Assembly (NCBI RefSeq): GCF_009914755.1
Contig: NC_060935.1
DNA from: the human T2T-CHM13v2.0 reference genome, Homo sapiens
DNA length: 64,000 nucleotides
Direction: 5' to 3' (one strand)
The first letter of the stretch is position 1. Each line of letters starts with the position of its first letter. Under the pieces are notes generated by a model, which ran no database searches, was not told the DNA's origin, and was given only the letters and a program-made list of their open reading frames with translations. The translations under genes and the position numbers were made by a program. Positions 55,020-64,000 of this stretch are shown here, piece after piece.

Positions 55020-55523
55020 AAATGGGGACTTTTTAAAAAGTAACATTCAAAGTTTGCACCCTCCACTCAAAATGAAGACAAGTACAGTTATCAAATATAA
55101 TACACCTTAGTTATCCAGAGCTTTCACCAATCTACATAAAAATCTTAGACAAATCATTTAGAAAAAAAATCTCATAGTTACCCTATAATTTAGCCAAGAA
55201 GGTTTTATTAAGACATGGTAATTACACAAATAAGAATCAAATAGGTTAAAAAAAACCTGTCTAGGAAAAGAAAGAGAAGGAATACAGCAGTAAACTTATG
55301 CCATCATAAAAGAATAAGTGAAATTTGATTTAGCAAAGCACAACCAGAGGTAGAACAGAGAAATGACATGTTTTCTATCACGGAAAATAATAGTTCATGT
55401 TTTCTCTATAATTGTTTCTCAAACTTTTAAGTTTACCAATATTCTAGTTTTGCATTAATAAGTCCTATTTACTAGAAATAAATTTGTTTTAAAATAAATC
55501 AATACAATAGATGAAAAAGACCA

Positions 55524-56127
55524 TGATATGTTTTGGGTATTTGTCACCTCCAAATCTTATCTTGAAATGTGATTCCCAGTGTTGAAGGTGGGGCCTGGTA
55601 GGAGGTGTTTGGATCATGGGGGTGGATTCTTCATGAATGGCTCGATGGCCCTTCCCAAAGTAATGATTCCATGTGAGATTTGGTTGTTTAAAAGAGCCTG
55701 GCACTCCCTCCCTTTCTCTCTTCCTCCCTCTTTCTCCATGTAACAAAACTGCTCCCCCTTTGGCTTCCATCAGGATTGTAAGTTTCCTGAGGCCTTATCA
55801 GGAGCAGATGCCAATAACGTGCTTCTCATATAGCCTGAAGAACTGTGAGCCAAAATAAACCTTTTTAAAAATAAGTTACCCAGCCTCAGGCATTCCTTCA
55901 TAGCAACACAAATCAAGTAACAAGGAAAATTGGTAATGTGGAGTGGGGTGTTGCTATAAAGATACCTAAACATGTGGAAGAAGCTTTGGAACTGTGTAAC
56001 AAGAAGAGGTTGAAAGAGTCTGGAGGTCTCAGAAGATGACAGGAAGACAATGGAACGATGGAAAGTTTTGAACTTCTTAAGTACTGGTTAAATGCTTGAG
56101 ACAAAAATGCTGATAGAAATATGGACC
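55524..56127 (+). mobile_element. MSTB-like 5' LTR (55524-~55922) plus start of MST internal sequence; truncated provirus
   Basis: TGATATGTTTTGG...GAACTGTGAGCCAAAATAAACC...ATAGCAACACAAA, then GAAAATTGGTA..GGAGTGGGG..TTGCTATAAAGATACCT...AAAATGCTGATAGAAATATGGAC. Confidence 0.88.
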
Positions 56128-56551
56128 TAATTTTTCAGTTAACACTACATTTATATAGTCCTTCAAATTTATTTTTTCTATGCAATTTTTGTCAACTTTT
56201 GGTGTCAAAATTATGTTTGTGCTATAGTAACCTTCCATTACTTATATGTTCTGAAATGGTTAAAATAGTAAAGAAAGCATCCATTTCTTGAAGTCTTGGC
56301 TGAACTTGCCTAAAACTTGCATTAATTAAAAACTTTCAATGAAAATAGAGAATCATTTTTAATACAGTATTGAATTACTTTCACAGTTATTGGCCAATTA
56401 ATGGTCTGTATTTCATAGGTCAATTTTCTTACTTCTATTTGTAATTTATATTTAAATTGCCACAACTTGTGATATATTTTCTTTCACCATTTGACCATAT
56501 ATATACTTTTTTCACCGAAAATGCCTTGCCTTGCTCTCTGATTTTTATATC

Positions 56552-56780
56552 AGGAATTGGAAAACTTTTTCCTAAAAGTCTAGACAGTAAATATTTTAGG
56601 CCTTATGAGCCAAAAAGCAAAATTAAACATATTGTGCATAGGTACGTATATAACCAATAATATACAACTATTTAAAAATATAAAAGCCAGTCTTTGCTGG
56701 TGAACCTTCAGAAGAAAGAAAGAGGGAATGGAAGGAAGAAAAACAGATGGTGCCAGCAGACTATAGTTTGCCAACCTCTG
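56552..56780. mobile_element. MER58-type hAT MITE
   Basis: TIR-like CAGGAATTGGAAAACT / AGTTTGCCAACCTCTG; AGTAAATATTTTAGGC. Confidence 0.7.
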
Positions 56781-57653
56781 CTTATGCCATTTATATTAGT
56801 TTAGCAAATTTTTAGTTTGGGCAAGCAAGTAAAATAGAGCAAAAAAAAATTAGGGGTTTGATATTTATTGAGCAATTATAAAGGGTTCATCCTTTATGAG
56901 AGGGGCTTGGATGTTTCAAGAAAAGCCTTTCTAGTTTATTTTTAATTTTTCAGACATACATACATATATATGTCTTCATAAATAATTTATTTAGTCTGTA
57001 TCATTATTATTTGCTTCCTCCCTATTTTTCCTCATTCTTCAAAAGTCTTAACAACATAATTTACACATTTTCATGTTTTCCTGTAGGTTCACATACTCAT
57101 ATAATAATATATACATTTGCATCTATAAAAAGTTTACTTACCATTGTTTTTTATAAAAATAGACACAATTATATTTATTTTTCCTGCTTTTTGGCTAAAA
57201 GAATTCAATAACACTTCATACAAATGTACTGGGAGAGTTCTAGTTCATCGTTTCTAATGATTCTGCAATTTTCCATGGTGTGTTGCTTAACTCAGATATT
57301 CAGTAGATAAGAGGTACTTACTATGTTTCCATTTATATTTTATTTTTTAGGTTTTTGTTTTCTTTGACATGTAATGTGGCATAAGTTTATATTTATATAT
57401 CTATCATGACTTATTGTATGAGATATAGTCTGATGAGAATTAACACTTGAGGAAGATATTTATTTATAATTTTATTAGATGTTCCTTGTTTACCTTCTAA
57501 TAAATTGAAGCAATTCACATTTCCAGAAGAAGTATATGAGTATCCTTTTCTCTGCATCCTGCCAGTAGGTATTAGAACACTTTTAAATTTGTGTCAGTGT
57601 ATTTAGTATAAAACAGTATTTTAATATACTTTTATAATAGATTTGAAAAAAAT

Positions 57654-57940
57654 ATTCTCATCAAACTATCTCAAGGACAAAAAACCAAACACCGCATGTT
57701 CTCACTCATAGGTGGGAATTGAACAATGAGAACACATGGACACAGGAAGGGGAACATCACACACCGGGGCCTGTTGTGGGGTGGGGGGAGTGGGGAGGGA
57801 TAGCATTGGGAGATATACCTAATGTAAATGATGAGTTAATGGGTGCAGCACACCAACATGGCACATGTATACATATGTAACTAACCTGCATGTTGTGCAC
57901 ATGTACCCTAAAACTTAAGGATAATAAAAAAAAAGAAAAA
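57654..57940 (+). mobile_element. Very short L1PA (PA3-like) 3' end
   Basis: ATTCTCA.CAAACTAT...GGTGGGAATTGA...GTAACTAACCTGCA...GTACCCTAAAACTT plus A tail. Confidence 0.93.
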
Positions 57941-59165
57941 ATCAACTAAAAGAAAAAAAAAACATAAAGGCAGTTAAAAGTAATATAAGAAATTCTTGAA
58001 ACTCAAGACAATAACTAAAACTCAATTTTGGAAAGTTAACAGAAGAGAAAATACAACTATCAATTATAAAAGAAAACACACAAACTAAAAAGGGAAAGGA
58101 AACAAACTTAAAATGGGCATTATGTATTATGATCTATTTCTGAATTCCCTCTTCTATTTCTATTGATTATTAGAGCGGTACTACTGTTCTTTAAATTTTT
58201 CTTGACTAATTTCATCAATTTTTCTTTCTTATAAAAGTTAATATTCTAATTGGAGCTGTAGTAAATGTATATGCTCTTTATATAAAAATGATGTATTTAT
58301 CATATGAAGTCATCCTGTCCAAGAAGATGGTATATGCTTATGATCATTTGTATGTTGTCTTATTTAATAATAACTCATGGTTTATTTTTATAAAATTTCT
58401 GTACAATTCTTATTTCTAAAAGTTTTAAAATTTTGTTTATTCTTGTCAACAGAACTTTTGTACAAATATTTAACTTGTATGTAGCCCCCTTACAGATTTT
58501 TAAAAATTAATCCTAGTAGCATGCTACAACTTCCTCAGTGTTTTAGTCATGCAATAACATCATTGCCAAAAGTAGACATTATATGTTACATTCCTTTTTC
58601 AATTTTTATAATAGCTTTTACACTTTTGACTCATTACATTCATAAGGCAATGTTAAATAATAATGGTGACAGCAGGTGAGCTCTTTATAGTTTTATTGAT
58701 ATAGATTCAGTGTTTCACCATTGTTCAATGAATGGCATGGAGTTTGAAAAGTAGTAATTATAAGACTGTAGTAGTTACTTCCATTTATATTTTACTTAAA
58801 GTATTATTTAAAATAACAGCTAAATAATATAAAATTCATTTGCAGTATCTACTCATACAACCAAATTGTTTTCTTCTTTAATTGGTTGTTATAATGATGA
58901 AGACAGATTCCTGGTATTGAATTATGTTTCCTGCAATAACCCCACATTTCCACAGCATATTATTCTTATTAAGATGGGAATGAATTGTATTTTATGATAC
59001 TTTATCTATTTTATGATACTTTACTTAAATTGGTTATCTATATACATGTAAAGCATTGTTCTTTAGGTTTGTCTTTTTGTGTGCTATTTGTCAGATTTTA
59101 TTTCTAAAGGTATTCTGACATTTTAAGGTGATCTTGAAAATTTCCCATTTGCTTTTACAGCTTAA

Positions 59166-59548
<383 letters not shown>

Positions 59549-59639
59549 CTAATCCTATTGTCTTTTTAACAATACGGTTTAATCACTTTAGATTCTTATC
59601 TATAAATTTTCTATTGTACATTTCTACTTCTTTTGTATT

Positions 59640-59752
59640 CATTTTTATAATTTATATTTATATTTATATTTATATTTATAATTTAAATAATATATAAATT
59701 TATAATTTATAAATATTTATATTTATAATTTAAATTTTATAATTTATATTTT
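59640..59752. repeat. Pure A/T low-complexity tract, (TATATT)n-like
   Basis: Direct reading. Confidence 0.85.
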
Positions 59753-61884
59753 TCTTGGAAATCATTCATTTATCTACATCTTAAAATAAAATGTCTTAGA
59801 GTTGTAAATGTATTTTCATAAAATTTTAATCCTCTCCTTTATCTATATTTTCCATCTAATCTTTTCTATTTTTGCTTTCTTTTCTTAATAAGATTAATAA
59901 TCACATATTTACTGACTTTTTAATTTTGTAAAAATATTATGAAGTAGTTGTCTTTAGCTTATAGATGAGATATGAATTTATTCCCACCAAAATGAAATAT
60001 ATAATTTAAATTACAAAATCTTTTTTTCTGTGCAGGAAAATTGGCATTTTATAGTGCTGCTAAACTTATCAATTAAGATCGTATTTTGATTGCCAATTGG
60101 ACAAGTGAGAAAAATTATGACAATGCTGTCTTACTTCCAAGATTCTTACTTCTAAGAATTTTACCTAAGGAAATATTCAAATTTATGCAGAAATATTTCA
60201 CTAACTTGAAATGCTCACTGCAACATAATATCAAATCTTTGAATTAAAAAACAATGGTACATTAATAGAATGAAGAGCATATAAAGAAAGTATGCAGTAC
60301 TTAAAAACCTGCTGTCACATTACTGACATGGAAAAATATTTACAAAAAAAAACTAAAAGGACAATTTTACATCTAACCTGATAATTTAAAAAACTGCAAA
60401 GGGATCCATACAAAAAATATCTGAAATGTTCATGTTAATTCAAAGGGTTAACATTCTCAATTTCTGTTGTGTTATTTTTATTTACTTATTTATATTTTCT
60501 AAAATAATTATATGCTTATGCAAGAGAATATAAAAATTTTATTTACATATTTCAAATAAATATCATAGTTTTGATAATATTATAAGCAACAATGCTTTTG
60601 ACTTCTCAAACCTTCTGATGTAGCGAATTATTTCAATGAGTCAGAAGAGCTTCTAGGACATTTATGCTATCAATGTCCAGTCACATTTGCCTGGACTAAA
60701 AGACCCAAAACAATGCTGCCAGCAGAGTATATGATTCCCATGATATCCCAGGTAAAATTTCTCCCAGTGAATGACTTTTATCCACATCTATCCTCAAATA
60801 ATACAGTTTTAATATAGATTCTTGTAGAATCACCACTATTGGATTGTAATCTCTATAAAGCCAAATAACATGTTTCTGTCACGTTTGTATCTTCTACTGT
60901 ACGTATCATAATGATTTCAATAATGTAAGTAATAGATTTTGTGGCAGAATGGATAAGTAAATGACAGTTAGTGAGAAGACTTCTGCTACTTTTTATGTTT
61001 CATGGAGTGTATGTCTTTGCTTGTGATCCCAAGAAACAAAGCCTAAGGCAAGGGGAAAATGTCAATGCAATTTCAGAGCAACAAGAAGAAAAGAGAACTG
61101 AGGCATGGGAAGCAATGCAAGGTAATACCTATGTTGGCTATTCCTCTTCCACAAGCTTCAAAAATGAATTAATAAAAAAATACATCATTCAGCCACTTGG
61201 GATGTCTTATGCAAATCACATAGAGGAACAGCTCTTCAGAACAATATATTGGAAGAAATAAGGGAGAAAGAAGGATTTTATCTGACTGTGTGTCTGTCTC
61301 GTTTCTCTCCTTACTCAAAGTTTGTTCTCAGAGAGGTAATCCTACAAAGTTTCCTTCCCCTGACAACACACACTTCCAAATTGTCTAAGTTTTTGGCAGC
61401 ATCTAAGAAAGTCAGATCCCATGTCATTTCTGAAAGTGCAGGAAGAAACCTCAAGTTCCAGGAATGGGGCTGGTGGACTGTGAGATACACACCTCATGGG
61501 CCATCTTGGGATCAATAGAGCTTTGCAGGGGGAGTAAGTGACCAAGTAAAGAGTATGGAAGGCAGTTTGACATGGAAGGCAGTTTGACAAAGAGAATTTG
61601 AGGAGAGGCATAAGATTTATCCAATACAAGGTCATATCTAATTTCTCTGGAATATAAATAAATCATTACTTTGTTCAAGATTACAAAGAAGTAATGTCAG
61701 TAGTTCAATGCTATTGTGAAGTGTTATTCAAATAGGAAAAAATTAAAATTGCCCTATGTGAGTAAAACGAAAACAATTCACAATGTATTTATGCAAAAAT
61801 CTGCAAATAATTAATACTCAATGCTTACTATGGTCCAGCTGTGTGTCAGATGTTAGATTTTACTTTTTTAAAATTATCACATGG

Positions 61885-62151
61885 GGCAGGGCGCAGTTGG
61901 GAGGCTTAAGCAGGCAGATCCCTTGAGCTCAGCAGTTGGAGATTAGCCTGGGCAACATGGTGAAACTCTGTTTCTACAAAAAACACACAAAAAATGGCTG
62001 GGTGTGGTGGTGTGTGCCTGTCATCCCAGCTACTTGGGAGGCTGAGGCAGGAGGATCATTTCAGCCTGGGAGGCAGAGGTTGCAGTGAGCCAAGAATGTG
62101 CCACTGCACTCCAGCCTGGGCAACAGAGCAAGACACTGTCTGAAAAAAAAA
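61885..62151 (+). mobile_element. AluJ-like with deletion near the 5' end
   Basis: GGCAGGGCGCAGT joined to TGGGAGGC; CTTGAGCTCAG...AGCCTGGGCAACATGG; TSD ATCACATGG at 61876-61884 and 62152-62160. Confidence 0.92.
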
Positions 62152-64000
62152 ATCACATGGTACACACAAAATTCATAAAACTAGATGTTATAAAACTAAA
62201 TTGAAAGATTAGAAAACAGGTTTGGAAATTTTGATTTGTTCTGAATCACATAGTATGTAATAGAGGTAAAATTTAAGCCCAGGGTACCACCCAGGTCACT
62301 TAATGTACTACACCAAAATTGCATCAGGGCACATTACTACAAGGCTGCAATTGTGAATTCCTTGAATATGACAAACAGAATGATGACCAAGAAGGATCAG
62401 TCATCCATCAGCACCAAAGCCAACAGAATCCCAGAGTGAAAACGCACCATCCACAGATAAGTCTGAGTTTGACACTACATCTAAATTTTATAACAAATGT
62501 ATGAGAGTGATTGAGACTTCAGATCTTTAACCTGAAGATCAGAGAGTTATATAATAAATAAACTCAATTCCATTCTTGCTTTATACACATGTATCTGGGA
62601 GCCTGAATAGTGTACCAGCCCTTGTTGAGACAGAGTGCCTCACATATTGCATAAATCTAGTTTTTGGGTCTGCAAGGTGGGGCAAAGCCTGGACAATAGT
62701 TAATTCACCAAAGAATGATGAAAAAAGAAAACATACCTTGTAGATAGGCTTTTCCCTGATATATAAATATGTCTAGATATTTATTTGATGTCCTTTATAT
62801 TTGGACATTTAGCTTATGCTTTTCAGATTTTAATTGCTATCTTGCCAAAATACATATTACTGAGTCTCAAAACTTGCTTTTTATTTTTCCCCAAAATATC
62901 CTATTTAACAAGAAGCAAACCTAAAACCATAATTCTGTGTTTGAACCTCTATTATGACTTAAGATGTGGAACTTTTTTACTTCACATTGAATGTACCCAA
63001 ATAATCTTTGATTATGGTCACTAGGTATAGGTAATTAGGATCTGATCCTACCAACCCAAGGCTTTCCATTTAAACATATACAAGTTGAAAACTTATTTGC
63101 CCAATTAGCTGATCTAATTCCATTTTATGTGGCCCTGGATGTATCTGAGCAACCATCCCTTTCAAGGTAAAAGCATGTTTCATTTACCTCTTTCAATACA
63201 AAGTATGTTACTGTGAGAATCAAGAATTGGTAGGGCAAATTCTGTTGTCTGAACCACTAGCTTGTATTATCCACCTCTCAGACTTTTATTTCTCTCTCAG
63301 TCATCTTTCAGATTTCAATGAGACTTTGATACCAAATGTATGTAAACTTTTTTCACATTAAAATTATACAAATATTTGATGTAATAAAACCTTGTTACTA
63401 TGATATTTTAAGAAATTGAAACCTTAAAACCTTACTGGAGATATAAAAGTAGTCTGCAGTGCCTTTTAATAGATTCTATTGAGAGTAGAGCAGGATTTGT
63501 ATCTAGAAGAAATGTGCTTTGTCACACTAAGGAAGAAAAATGTTTTGTTTTGTTTTGTTTTAATTCACATCTCACCCAGGTTTCAAATTCTTTGTTAGAG
63601 GGCCAATTTGCTTTTTATTAGCTGAAAATTCTACAGGAGATACTGGTGACCTAAGTGAAGTTGCTTAGCTAAGTGTCAAGCTAATGAGATTCTGTTATCG
63701 TGGTTTTCTCTTGTTGTTATGTTTTCTTTGAAGGGAAAACATGTTCAGGGCTTCTGAACACTAAGATAAAATTTTGGATTGTACCACTCTTCAGTCTGAT
63801 GCCAAACTTCCAATGGAATCCAAAATCACATATTCTGAATTTTATTCACAGAGTTTATCCAACTAGAATAATCCTTCATTTTGGTATACTAAATTGACTT
63901 ATAATTTCCTGATTAAAGCTGTTATGTTACTTGATTAAAACATTACAATAAAAACAGGGGTTTTTTTTGTTGTTTTTTTTCTGAGACATAAAAGCAAAAC

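Noticed and set aside
48926-55922. Two MSTB LTRs as the ends of one provirus
   Set aside because: They are in opposite orientation and the first has its own TSD
60940-61625. Possible old ERVL LTR (LTR16/33-like) with a 17-bp tandem duplication ATGGAAGGCAGTTTGAC
   Set aside because: Similarity too weak to name or bound without a search

Overview
AT-rich, CpG-poor primate genomic DNA (AluY, L1PA2-8 and LTR12C indicate human or another ape/catarrhine), intergenic or deep intronic. I find no protein-coding exon, RNA gene or CRISPR array that I can support. The long ORFs in the track come from L1 ORF2 remnants, Alu, MaLR/ERV LTRs or microsatellites. The window contains five truncated L1PA copies, six Alus, a solo LTR12C nested in a Tigger4/Zombi DNA transposon, THE1/MST/MLT1/MLT2 LTRs, a piggyBac-derived MER85, older L1M/HAL1/L2/L3/MIR remnants and many TA/CA/GAA microsatellites. 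I cannot support a new biological system. The best leads are: (i) an L1 at 37.7-39.85 kb with an inverted 5' filler matching the segment deleted from its own body, plus a short 3' transduction; (ii) two L1s 31 kb apart that share a 5' breakpoint and non-consensus bases; (iii) a twin-primed L1; (iv) a MER85; (v) a divergent pair of CTCF-like motifs; (vi) a homeodomain-motif-dense candidate enhancer; and (vii) a (GAA)22 tract. Subfamily names come from my recall of consensus sequences, not from a search. Boundaries of old repeats are approximate.
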